A stretch of 64,000 nt of DNA, from assembly GCA_000092065.1 (NCBI GenBank), contig CP000594.1. One strand, 5' to 3'. The notes beneath the pieces are model-generated. The model saw only the letters and a program-made list of their open reading frames with translations. It did no database searches and was not told the origin of the DNA. The stretch is from Ostreococcus lucimarinus. Taxonomy: Eukaryota. How positions within the stretch are numbered: the first letter of the stretch is position 1; each line of letters begins with the position of its first letter. The position numbers and the translations under genes are program-made. Below are positions 55,609-64,000 of this stretch, in pieces.

Positions 55609-56790
55609 ATGTTCGAGTTCTTCTTTCGCGCGCCTCGCGCGAGGGGACGGCCGGGACGGCGCGCGTGGGCTTCGGCGTGGACGACGGCGATCGGCGCGTG
55701 CGCGTGCGCGCTCGCGTGGCGCGCGACGCGCGACGCGAGGGCGTTCGATGGGGCGAAACGATGGTTCGACCGGTCGAGTTTGAAGGCGTCGACGCGCGCG
55801 CGAGGCGACGAGGACGCGGAGACGGCGCTGCGAGCGGAGATGGCGCGCGTGGACGCCGTGACGAACGAATTGACGACGCCGGGCGTGGCGGAGGGCGTGC
55901 GAAGGGCGACGCGGGCGGCGACGCGGGGCGACGGGACGCGGGACGTCGGGACGGCGCGAAGGCCGAGCGAGGCGCTGGCGGAGGCGTGCGCGACGCTCGC
56001 GGCGACGTCGGCGTGCGCGCTGCTCGTGAAGACAGCGATGAATTTGATCGGACGACGAGGGTTTCTGGATCGCGAGCGGCGGGAGGGGGGGGACACGCTG
56101 GACGACGCGTCGAGGGCGGCGTTTTTGAGCGCGACGACGACGGATTTCGCGCGTCGCGGCGTGGGAGAGTTGGCGGCGATCGCGCGGGCGATCGTGGAGC
56201 GGGAGTTGCGAGAGTTTAACGATGGGAGGGAGGAGGACGAGGCGTCGGCGTCGTGGACGCGCGAGGACGCGATAGATTTCATGCGCAGGTGTCGGGAGAC
56301 GTTGAGTCGCGCGTTGTTGGTGCCGTCGGACGTGTTCAGCGATCCAAAGGCTTTGCCGTTCGAGCGTAAAAATAGACTGCACGTGAAAGCGCCGCGGTCG
56401 TTCCCGTCGTGGGAGTCCATGCTGTTGCCGCCGAAGAATCCAGATTTCGACGCCGCGCTCGGGGCGCCGTCGAGCGGCGCCGAATCGCTCGCCGAGCGCG
56501 AACGGCAGGTTTCGAATTTGAAAGACATCATGAACGAAACGCGATTGGTGATTCGATCGCCGCATTTCGTGGTGGCGCTGAACGACGCCATGCACGCGGC
56601 GTGGGCTTCGCACGCCGACGCGATGCCTCAAAAGTTTTTCGGCGCGACGCGCGCGGCGCGACTCAGCCTGGCGCGCGCGGCGCTCGTCGTCGAGGCGACG
56701 GCGGATAGAATCGCGTCCGATCCCGACGGTCTCTTGGCTTCGATTGCGAATGAATCGGGGGTTACGTACTTCGGCAACTCGATATGGTAG
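55609..56790 (+). CDS. PEX3: peroxin-3 (PEX3, peroxisomal membrane protein import)
   Basis: Starts MFEFFFRAPRARG..., a basic-hydrophobic N-terminus like the human Pex3 segment NFLKRHKKK. Internal LLVKTAMNLIGRRGFLD resembles the Pex3 segment LLRVQLNIIGGYIYLD, and C-terminal ...IRSPHFVVALNDAMH resembles ...LESPDFSTVLNTCLN. The 152-aa arginine-rich upstream extension from the ORF-track start 55153 is rejected. Confidence 0.6.
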   Translation: MFEFFFRAPRARGRPGRRAWASAWTTAIGACACALAWRATRDARAFDGAKRWFDRSSLKASTRARGDEDAETALRAEMARVDAVTNELTTPGVAEGVRRATRAATRGDGTRDVGTARRPSEALAEACATLAATSACALLVKTAMNLIGRRGFLDRERREGGDTLDDASRAAFLSATTTDFARRGVGELAAIARAIVERELREFNDGREEDEASASWTREDAIDFMRRCRETLSRALLVPSDVFSDPKALPFERKNRLHVKAPRSFPSWESMLLPPKNPDFDAALGAPSSGAESLAERERQVSNLKDIMNETRLVIRSPHFVVALNDAMHAAWASHADAMPQKFFGATRAARLSLARAALVVEATADRIASDPDGLLASIANESGVTYFGNSIW

Positions 56791-56918
56791 AAGCGCGCCA
56801 TGAGAAGCGAGACGCGTTGTATTTAAAGAAAATGAAAGAAATAACAATAACGGTTGCAACAAATAACCGCGCCACGCGAGCGAAACGACCGCACGCGCGC
56901 GCTTAAGAATCAACATAA

Positions 56919-58037
56919 CTAATCATCGGTCGCGAGCTTGGCGGCGAACTTCCTGCCTTCGTCCGATCGCAGCCAAGACGCGATGTCTCGCTTTCCGCAC
57001 TCGTACATGTCCCACAATTCGGCGTCGTCCAAGGGGATGAACGTCGCGTACCTCGGCTTGGGCTCGCTCGGAATGATCGTAGCGTCCCAATCGGTCTTAT
57101 CCTCGGGATCTAATCCAACGCGCAACGTCGCCGGGCTCAGCGACGCGAGATTATTGCACACGCCGCCGTCGACGCAAACCATGCCCTTGTGCAAGCACAC
57201 GCCCGGAAACGTCCACGTCGGTATGTACGTCGACGCGATCACGGCGTCGATCAAATCGTCTCGCGTGTCGTACTCGGTGAGAATCACGTTGTGCGGCAGC
57301 GGTAACAACGACGTGACCGAGATGAAACACCTCCCCGTGCATCGTTCGTGCGCGTCCGCCGGCAAGACGTCGTCGAGCAAAAATCGGCACTTACTCCCCA
57401 CCGTGGTCAAATTCTCCATCCACGAATCTCGGTGCAGCGCGGCTATTTCCGGTATGTGCGCCCACACCACGTCGGGATCGACCCCGCACGCCGCGATCGC
57501 CGCCATGATCGACCCCACGCTCGATCCCGACCACCGCGCCTTCTCCAGCGCCTTCGCCCCGAACCTCTCGTACAATCCGTGGTACACCCCCAAGTGATAC
57601 CACGTTCGAAATCCCCCCCCGCACATCGCCACGCTCGCGTGTCCGTCGTGCACGACCGGCGTTCGCCGCCGTCCTCGTCGCGCGCCCGCGTCGCCGTGGT
57701 GCCTCCGCCTCGGCTTCCACATCGGCTTCCGCGCCGCCTCCCAAAACGCGATCCACGCCGCGATCCACGCCGCCTGCGCCAGCGCCGCCGGCGCGCCGTA
57801 CGCCACGCGCATCGCCACCACCAACCGTCCCTTCCCCGTCTCCAGGTACATCGGGTTTCGCTTCGCGTGAAACACCCCGTGCGCGAGCGCGTTCGCCGCG
57901 TACAGCGCCGCCGCGACGACGAGCATCCATCGCCACTCCTCCCGCGTCAGCGCCGCCCCCTCGAGCGCGCGCGCCAGCGTCGTCGCGCGCGCCATCCCGC
58001 TCGACGTCCGCACGCCGCGCGCGTGTGCGGCATCCAT
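56919..58037 (-). CDS. patatin-like phospholipase domain protein (PNPLA family) with N-terminal TM segment
   Basis: Oxyanion-hole GGGFR (MCGGGFRTWYHLGV), nucleophile elbow G-S-S-V-G-S (GxSxG), catalytic Asp in VCVDGGV (DGG). The start was moved to MDAAHARG (cat at 58035..58037). Upstream of it lies a (gatcggtgcgtc)3 tandem repeat. Confidence 0.7.
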   Translation of the reverse strand: MDAAHARGVRTSSGMARATTLARALEGAALTREEWRWMLVVAAALYAANALAHGVFHAKRNPMYLETGKGRLVVAMRVAYGAPAALAQAAWIAAWIAFWEAARKPMWKPRRRHHGDAGARRGRRRTPVVHDGHASVAMCGGGFRTWYHLGVYHGLYERFGAKALEKARWSGSSVGSIMAAIAACGVDPDVVWAHIPEIAALHRDSWMENLTTVGSKCRFLLDDVLPADAHERCTGRCFISVTSLLPLPHNVILTEYDTRDDLIDAVIASTYIPTWTFPGVCLHKGMVCVDGGVCNNLASLSPATLRVGLDPEDKTDWDATIIPSEPKPRYATFIPLDDAELWDMYECGKRDIASWLRSDEGRKFAAKLATDD

Positions 58038-58365
58038 CGCGCGTCGATCGATACACCGATCGACGCACCGATCGACGCACCGATCGATCGCTATTTTGAT
58101 CCAACCTCGCCTCGAGCGTCGATCGTTTTTCGCGGCTCGATCGATCGGTCGGTCGCCGCGCTCGATCGACGTCTCGCGATCGACGTCGCGATCTCGTCGA
58201 ACCTCGGCGCGAGGTTGGATAAAAATAGCGATCGGCGCGTCGATCGACGCGCGAACGAGTGGCTGAGATTCATTCGCCCGGTCGTTATCCGATCGCGAAT
58301 CGCGACGCGACGCGGCACACCGCGACGCGGACGCGCGACGTGGACGCGCGACGCGAGAGGCGTGC

Positions 58366-60195
58366 ATGGGAGCGTTGACGACGCGCGCGGCGCCTCGAAC
58401 GACGACGACGACGACGACGACGCGCGCGCGGTCGACGAGGACGCGAAAGACGGCGAAGACATTCGGGACGATCGCGCGAGGGACGACGACGACGCGACGC
58501 GCGAGCGCGGCGGGAGGGATGGTGACGGTGCGCGAGGTGCCGACGACGCCGATCGAGGGGCAGAAGACGGGCACGAGCGGACTGCGGAAGAAGGCGGCGG
58601 TGTTCAGCGAGGGGAACTATTTGGCGAACTGGGTGCAGGCGCTGTTCGGCGCGCTGCCGAGGCGCGAGGTCGAGGGGAGCGCGATGGTGCTGGGAGGGGA
58701 CGGACGATGGTTTAATAAGGAGGCGAGTCAAATAATTTTGAAACTGGCGGCGGGGAACGGGGTGAAGAAGATGTACGTCGGGAGGGATGGGTACTTGTGC
58801 ACGCCGGCGGCGAGCGCGGTGATTCGCGAACGCGGGGCGTACGGGGGATTCATCATGAGCGCGTCGCACAATCCGGGCGGGCCGAAGGAAGACTGGGGGA
58901 TCAAGTTTAATTACAGCTCGGGCGAACCGGCGCCGGAGAAGATCACGGATGCGATTTACGGGTTCACGCAAACCGTGGACACGTTGAAGATGGCGGACAT
59001 CCCGGACGTCGACTTGAGCGTGTGCGGCGTCACCAAGTTTGGTGACTTTGAGGTCGAAGTCATCGATCCGGTGGCCGATTACTTGAAGCTTCTCAAGCGA
59101 GTCTTCGACTTTGATCTCATCAAGTCGTTGTTGACGCGCCCGGATTTCAAGATGCAATTCGACGCCATGCACGCCATCACGGGCGCGTACGCCAAGCCCA
59201 TCTTTGTCGATGAACTCGGTGCGTCGCCAGACTCGTGCGTGAACGCCGTGCCGAAGGAAGACTTCGCGGGCGGTCATCCGGACCCGAACTTGACGTACGC
59301 CGAAGAGCTCGTCAAGGTGATGTTCTCCGCCGACGCGCCGGATTTCGGCGCCGCGTCCGACGGCGACGGCGATCGCAACATGATTCTCGGTAACAACTTC
59401 TTCGTGACCCCGAGCGATTCCGTCGCTATCATCGCCGCTAACGCGGTCGAGTGCATCCCGTACTTCAAGTCTGGTTTGAAGGGTTTGGCGCGCTCCATGC
59501 CCACCGCCGCCGCGCTCGATCGCGTCGCCGCGGGTCTCGGCGTCGAGTGCTTTGAAACCCCCACTGGGTGGAAGTTTTTCGGCAACTTGATGGACGCTGG
59601 TCGCTTGTCGGTGTGCGGTGAAGAATCCTTCGGTACCGGCGCCGATCACGTGCGCGAAAAGGACGGTCCCTGGGCCGTTCTCGCGTGGTTGTCCATCTTG
59701 GCGTACCGCAACAAGGACGTGCCGGTGGGCGGCAAAAAGGTGAGCGTCGAGCAAATCACCAAGGAACACTGGGCCAAGTACGGTCGCAACTTCTTCTCTC
59801 GTTACGATTACGAAGGCTGTGAGTCCGACCCGTGCAACGCCATGGTCGAGTCGCTCCGTGCCAAGGCTGCCGCCTCAAAGAAGGGCGACAAGTACGGCGA
59901 CTACGAGTTGGACTACGCCGACGACTTCGAGTACACCGATCCCATCGACGGTTCCGTGTCCAAGAATCAAGGCGTCCGCTTCGTCTTCACCGATGGTTCT
60001 CGTTTCATCTTCCGCCTGTCTGGCACCGGTTCTTCCGGCGCCACCGTGCGCATGTACATTGAGCAATACGAAGCCGATCCCGCCAAGCAGGGCGCCGACG
60101 CCCAAGTCGCCTTGGCGCCTTTGATCAAGATTGCTCTCGAGACCAGCGAGCTCGCCAAGTTCACCGGTCGCGAGTCCCCGACCGTGATCACGTAA
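58366..60195 (+). CDS. PGM: phosphoglucomutase (alpha-D-phosphohexomutase family, PGM1-type) with T/R-rich N-terminal extension (possible plastid transit peptide)
   Basis: Substrate-loop TGTSGLRKK, active-site phosphoserine loop [14 protein letters not shown] (TASHNP), metal-binding DGDGDRN, sugar-binding GEESFG and phosphate-binding [11 protein letters not shown]. There are 609 aa including the ~50-aa [32 protein letters not shown] presequence. Confidence 0.9.
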   Translation: MGALTTRAAPRTTTTTTTTRARSTRTRKTAKTFGTIARGTTTTRRASAAGGMVTVREVPTTPIEGQKTGTSGLRKKAAVFSEGNYLANWVQALFGALPRREVEGSAMVLGGDGRWFNKEASQIILKLAAGNGVKKMYVGRDGYLCTPAASAVIRERGAYGGFIMSASHNPGGPKEDWGIKFNYSSGEPAPEKITDAIYGFTQTVDTLKMADIPDVDLSVCGVTKFGDFEVEVIDPVADYLKLLKRVFDFDLIKSLLTRPDFKMQFDAMHAITGAYAKPIFVDELGASPDSCVNAVPKEDFAGGHPDPNLTYAEELVKVMFSADAPDFGAASDGDGDRNMILGNNFFVTPSDSVAIIAANAVECIPYFKSGLKGLARSMPTAAALDRVAAGLGVECFETPTGWKFFGNLMDAGRLSVCGEESFGTGADHVREKDGPWAVLAWLSILAYRNKDVPVGGKKVSVEQITKEHWAKYGRNFFSRYDYEGCESDPCNAMVESLRAKAAASKKGDKYGDYELDYADDFEYTDPIDGSVSKNQGVRFVFTDGSRFIFRLSGTGSSGATVRMYIEQYEADPAKQGADAQVALAPLIKIALETSELAKFTGRESPTVIT

Positions 60196-60367
60196 TTCTT
60201 CATTCTCTCATGCTTTTACGCGCGCGCGACTGTTTTAATCAAACTCAAAGTCGTCGTCGACTCTTTCTCCGTCGCGCGTTGACTCTGAGAGTCGACGTCT
60301 CGTTCTCAAACCTAATCTATCGTTACAATCTACCCTTCGCGCCGCACGCCGCGCACAAGAGACGCGT

Positions 60368-60553
60368 TTATTCTCTCCCCACCGCCTCGCTCTCGCGTCT
60401 GAGCTCTCGCACGACCGCGGCGAGCGCCTCTGGATTCACCCCACGTTCGATCAGCGCGATCAAAACCGCGAGTTGTTCGCGATCAACGCCGCAATCGAGC
60501 AGCTTCGCGACGTCGTACGCGTTATCGAGCGTTTCTCGAGCGGCGTCCGCCAT
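60368..60553 (-). CDS. MZT1: mitotic-spindle organizing protein 1 (MOZART1, gamma-tubulin complex subunit), 61 aa
   Basis: MADAARETLDNAYDVAKLLDCGVDREQLAVLIALIERGVNPEALAAVVRELRRE matches the MZT1 consensus (...[47 protein letters not shown]...) nearly residue for residue in spacing. Confidence 0.8.
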   Translation of the reverse strand: MADAARETLDNAYDVAKLLDCGVDREQLAVLIALIERGVNPEALAAVVRELRRESEAVGRE

Positions 60554-60706
60554 TTCGCCGCGGACGCTCGAGCGCGCGCGGTGTGACGCGAGCGCAGGAA
60601 GTCGAGAAGCTCAGCAACTGTCACATTTTCAAACGCGGCGCGACGCGGCGATGGATGATTGACTAACGATTGGCTTATATTACAAGTGGTGATTTTACTA
60701 GAGCTC

Positions 60707-63700
60707 TCAGAGCATTCGGCTGGCGCGCTGCGCTGCGCGCGCGCGCGCAGCGGCGCGGCGGTCCGTCGGCGCGGTTTCAGTCGACGGCTCGGTCGCCGCT
60801 CGGTTATTCCGGCGCGGCGGTTCGACGACGTCGTTCGCGCGCGCGTCGGAGTCGCTCAGTTCGAGCGACTCTTTGGACTCGTCCACGTCGCCGTGGGAGT
60901 CGGAGTCGCCACCGGCGAGCTTGGTTGTATTCGGCGCGTCTTCGCCGAAACCAAAAGAGCGCATCATAGCGCGTGATTCGCGCTTTTCGATGCGACGTTG
61001 GACTCGCCAGCGAGAGTCATCCATTTTTTCTCGCCATGTCATTCGTCGACCAGATGAAGACTCTGGATCGTGCGTAACGTCGACGTGGGCCGTCGCGTTG
61101 ATTTCTTCTTGCATCACGGCTTCGAGCTCGGCGACCTTTTCGGTAGCGCTGAGCTCGTCGCGCATCTTGGTCATTTCAAAGTAGTCGTACGTGAACGGAT
61201 CAACGCTCGTCGACGCTGCGTTCGACGTCGCGGTAATAGATGATGTCGATGGTTTTCTTGGCGGTTTCGTCGGTGACTCGAGCATGATATCGGCCGACGG
61301 CGGCGTCCACGAAACCGAATCGCGCGCCGGGAGTCGCGGCGGTCGCGGGATGTAACCTGGCGGATACAAAGGCGCCGGCTTTTCGATCGATTCTTTTTCG
61401 GTTCGCTCGCTTTGTCGCGCCAGACGTAATTGTTGCGCGATGATTTCGTTGTACTGCGCCACGCGGGCCTCGACGCTGTCACGAGCTGCTTTTTCTCCTG
61501 TGGCGGCGTAGGCGGAATCGTCGCTCGCCACAGATTTGCGCTCACCCTCGCTCGAGTGCGACGCCACTTCGAACTCATCTTCAGAGGACCCACCGATGGC
61601 GGTGTTTTTCCTGCGCCAGCGCTCGTGATCGATCGCCTTGAGCTTGCGCTCGAGCGCGAGCGCTTCAATTTCGTGATCCCGATGCGCCGATTGATCCACC
61701 ATTGACGACTTGCGTGCTTGCCATTTGTTCCGCAAACTCTCCAAATGCACGCTGAGCTGAAGATGTCTCAGCTTTAAATCGTTCGCACCGGCTTTAGATA
61801 ACTCTTCTACCAGCACTTGATCGTCAAAAGCGGCGATCAGTTTCTCAGCCATTCGCGGATGCAACGCACGCGACGCCGCGTGGGTATCCACGATCGCACG
61901 TTTCACCGCCTCGCGTCTGTACGCGTGCTCGTCTTCGATTTCTTTTCGCTCAGCTTCTATCTTAGCCGCGATGACCTCGTCTTTGACGTCTCCGCGCACA
62001 GAGCGCAAGACTGTGATACAAAAGTTCAAATTCAACGCGTAAATGAGCAACGCTGCGATGACGGAGGCTGCTTGGTGCTTCACCGTGGACATCAACGCCC
62101 CGGCGTTGTAACTCACCAAAATTGTTGTCAGCGATGCGATCTCTACCTTGCGGTGTTGATCCTTCTCGTAAATGTCCAAAATCAACACCAACGCGAGGTA
62201 GCTTTGTAAGATGCCGATGGAGATGTACGCCGCGAGAAGCGGAGTTTCAGGAAGGAGCACCGAAGCTGCGACGAGCAAGCCTTTCCGCATCATCACCACG
62301 AATTCCCAGTAATACCTTTCTTGCGTGAATCCGATGTAAAGAAAGCCGTACAGCGCTTTTGTCTTTGCCCAGCGTAATTGATTCCGATGTCGTTTCAGCG
62401 CTCCAAGGATGAAATACGGAAATCCGAAGACGAATATCGAGGCTAAAATGAAATATCCATACATCGTCATCTTGTATCGAGCGTTATCAGTGCGCACGTT
62501 GTAATCGATGAACAAAAATCGTCCGATACCCTCGACAGAGGTCGAACGAATCATCTGCATGATGTTGGTAAAGATTGGGTACCAGCACATGGCGAGCGTC
62601 ACGGCTTTAAACAACCCGTTGGTGATGTCGCCCGCTGACGGCGCGAGCACTTCGAGTTCGTCCTCGGTCCATTGCTGGACAATATATCCTTCTTTATTCA
62701 CCTTTGTGAGAAGTTGCAACTTGTACGCATCCGGTTCGGAATCATTTAAATCTGGCGCGCGTTTCATGCGATCCAACTGGAATCGCAATCCTTCGACGTC
62801 TTCGCCCTCCCTTCTCGCGTTAATGTACGCCGACTCCAACGCATGCCTCTTTTCGTACCACTCACTTCGTAGTTTGAAGAACGCCGTCAGGCGAAGGTAT
62901 AAATAAAGAGGCACACACAGCGCCGCGAAGATGCCGACCGTGCCAAAACTGTACGTCGTGTACTGAATGTGATTCCACTTTGACACGCAATCCGTCGCAA
63001 ACGCCTTGATCGACGTCGTGGACGTGAGCCTGGCGAGCGGGAACAGCACGCCGACGACGTCTGGCCACCCGAGGTTGATCGTTCCGAGCGTTGCAAGCAT
63101 GTGAAAGTGAGAGACGATGACCTTGGTGTAGACGATTTGCGCTGGTAATGCGCTCCGCGCGGCGCGACAAATCAACAACATGGAGACGATTTGGACAATC
63201 GTGAGGACGAACAAGCTCATACCGCTTAGCCATTTTGGCCAACATTTCGTGCACCGCAGCGACGTTTCAAGCGAGCGCGAGTCTTCTAGACTGGCATACT
63301 CTTTTCGCGCATCACACGTACCACACAGCGTCCCAGAGTAACCGATGTTACACAATTCGTCGCCTTCACCGACGCCGCCTTTGCAGCTGTACGGTGATCG
63401 ACACCTTAGCACGCCCAACTTTGTCTCGTCGGCGCGCCAGTTGCCTTCCGAGAGAGATAATTTTGTGATGTCTCGTGAATCGCACACCGCGCCATCGGGA
63501 CAAGATCCACACTCGTACGCGTCGTACGGCTCCAATCTGTAATAACGCGTATACGTCGTCGTTCCATTTTGCGCCGGTCCAGTGAGTGTGCACTGACACG
63601 AGGTTTTGTTCACGTTTGCGAGATGGCCCGGAAGTGTTTCCCCGCTCGAAGTCACGTGCATCTGGCGCGGTTTGCCATCTTCGCCGGTGTACGTGTTCAT

Positions 63701-64000
63701 CCGTATCGGACACGCATCGCACAGTGCTGGTCCACTACCGGTTTTGTAAAAACCCGCCGCGCACGGCACACACGCACCGTACGGCCGCAACGAAGTTATG
63801 AAGCTCGAAATCCTGGATGGGTCGACTTGAGCGTAGAGACCTGGATAACTCGATACTGAAACTGACGGAGGTTGATAACCCGATCCTGAGGCGTCTTCCG
63901 TATATCCTGGATAACACTCGCACGAACCATTGGAGGTAGACTGCGAATGTGGCTTTACTGTGCTGCACGGAAAGAGCGTGAGTCCACCGGTAACGTTGAG
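60707..64000 (-). CDS. multi-pass membrane protein with N-terminal Cys-rich ephrin-receptor-like (GCC2/GCC3) and EGF-like ectodomain repeats and a C-terminal coiled-coil/acidic cytoplasmic tail; 5'-partial (runs off window)
   Basis: C.PC..G.Y....G...C..CP motifs (CVPCAAGFYKTGSGPALCDACPIR; CGSCPDGAVCD; CGTCDARKEY). The same frame is open upstream to the window edge (…CSTVKPHSQSTSNGSCECYPGYTEDASG…) with no Met, so the true start lies beyond 64000 or across an intron. There are ≥8 hydrophobic helices (LFVLTIVQIVSMLLI, VGIFAALCVPLYLYL, YGYFILASIFVFGFPYFILG, LLVAASVLLPETPLLAAYISIGIL, VIAALLIYALNLNFCITVL). Confidence 0.5.
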   Translation of the reverse strand, partial: LNVTGGLTLFPCSTVKPHSQSTSNGSCECYPGYTEDASGSGYQPPSVSVSSYPGLYAQVDPSRISSFITSLRPYGACVPCAAGFYKTGSGPALCDACPIRMNTYTGEDGKPRQMHVTSSGETLPGHLANVNKTSCQCTLTGPAQNGTTTYTRYYRLEPYDAYECGSCPDGAVCDSRDITKLSLSEGNWRADETKLGVLRCRSPYSCKGGVGEGDELCNIGYSGTLCGTCDARKEYASLEDSRSLETSLRCTKCWPKWLSGMSLFVLTIVQIVSMLLICRAARSALPAQIVYTKVIVSHFHMLATLGTINLGWPDVVGVLFPLARLTSTTSIKAFATDCVSKWNHIQYTTYSFGTVGIFAALCVPLYLYLRLTAFFKLRSEWYEKRHALESAYINARREGEDVEGLRFQLDRMKRAPDLNDSEPDAYKLQLLTKVNKEGYIVQQWTEDELEVLAPSAGDITNGLFKAVTLAMCWYPIFTNIMQMIRSTSVEGIGRFLFIDYNVRTDNARYKMTMYGYFILASIFVFGFPYFILGALKRHRNQLRWAKTKALYGFLYIGFTQERYYWEFVVMMRKGLLVAASVLLPETPLLAAYISIGILQSYLALVLILDIYEKDQHRKVEIASLTTILVSYNAGALMSTVKHQAASVIAALLIYALNLNFCITVLRSVRGDVKDEVIAAKIEAERKEIEDEHAYRREAVKRAIVDTHAASRALHPRMAEKLIAAFDDQVLVEELSKAGANDLKLRHLQLSVHLESLRNKWQARKSSMVDQSAHRDHEIEALALERKLKAIDHERWRRKNTAIGGSSEDEFEVASHSSEGERKSVASDDSAYAATGEKAARDSVEARVAQYNEIIAQQLRLARQSERTEKESIEKPAPLYPPGYIPRPPRLPARDSVSWTPPSADIMLESPTKPPRKPSTSSITATSNAASTSVDPFTYDYFEMTKMRDELSATEKVAELEAVMQEEINATAHVDVTHDPESSSGRRMTWREKMDDSRWRVQRRIEKRESRAMMRSFGFGEDAPNTTKLAGGDSDSHGDVDESKESLELSDSDARANDVVEPPRRNNRAATEPSTETAPTDRRAAARARAAQRASRML

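Noticed and set aside
1-64000. Possibility that the window is a prokaryotic defence or mobile-element island (restriction-modification, toxin-antitoxin, CRISPR, integrase)
   Set aside because: There are no Shine-Dalgarno-spaced operons, no integrase, transposase or recombinase homologues, and no nuclease/helicase/methylase clustering. Instead there are spliceosomal introns, a eukaryotic tRNA with a Pol III terminator, and canonical eukaryotic cell-biology genes (exportin, PEX3, MZT1, MRE11, PIG-O, RPLP2). The MRE11 here is a housekeeping gene, not part of an SbcCD-like defence pair; no RAD50/SbcC partner is adjacent.

Overview
This window is compact eukaryotic nuclear DNA of about 67-70% GC, not a prokaryotic island. 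Several lines of evidence point to a eukaryote. Conserved genes are interrupted by short GT-AG introns: MRE11 (67 nt) and RPLP2 (255 and 101 nt). A typical eukaryotic tRNA-Thr(CGU) is followed by a 7-T run that serves as a Pol III terminator. Nuclear-encoded organelle-targeted proteins are present (TerC, organellar ribosomal protein uS17, and PGM with a transit-like N-terminus). Intergenic spacers are short and AT-rich. There are roughly 40 genes in 64 kb, about one per 1.6 kb, and codon third positions are strongly G/C with NCG codons favoured. By inference this fits a picoeukaryotic green alga of the Mamiellophyceae (Micromonas-like), but I cannot verify that without a database search. Because GC is so high, the six-frame track is full of long spurious ORFs (antisense and arginine-rich frames, and 5' extensions). 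Genes were therefore called from recognisable protein families and from the AT-rich spacers. Recognisable products include prolyl 4-hydroxylase, an FAD-monooxygenase–ankyrin fusion, a GCPWD-type ankyrin-like repeat protein and 60S acidic ribosomal protein P2. Others are a VPS9-domain GEF, TerC, a SpoU/TrmH methyltransferase, a KH/WW protein, an RRN7/TAF1B-like factor and a TTM-type P-loop kinase + CYTH protein. Further along are uS17, an exportin, a SET/RBCMT-like protein, a TBCC-domain protein, cyclophilin PPIL3 and ABCF1. The remaining calls are mTERF, PIG-O-like GPI ethanolamine phosphate transferase, a J-domain protein, MRE11, PEX3, a patatin-like lipase, phosphoglucomutase and MOZART1. 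A Cys-rich multi-pass membrane protein runs off the 3' edge of the window. I found no prokaryote-style defence or mobile system. The most unusual local features are a roughly 1 kb low-GC island carrying an EGF-like membrane-protein gene, a highly homogenised 99-bp coding tandem array, and the corrected intron-containing gene models.
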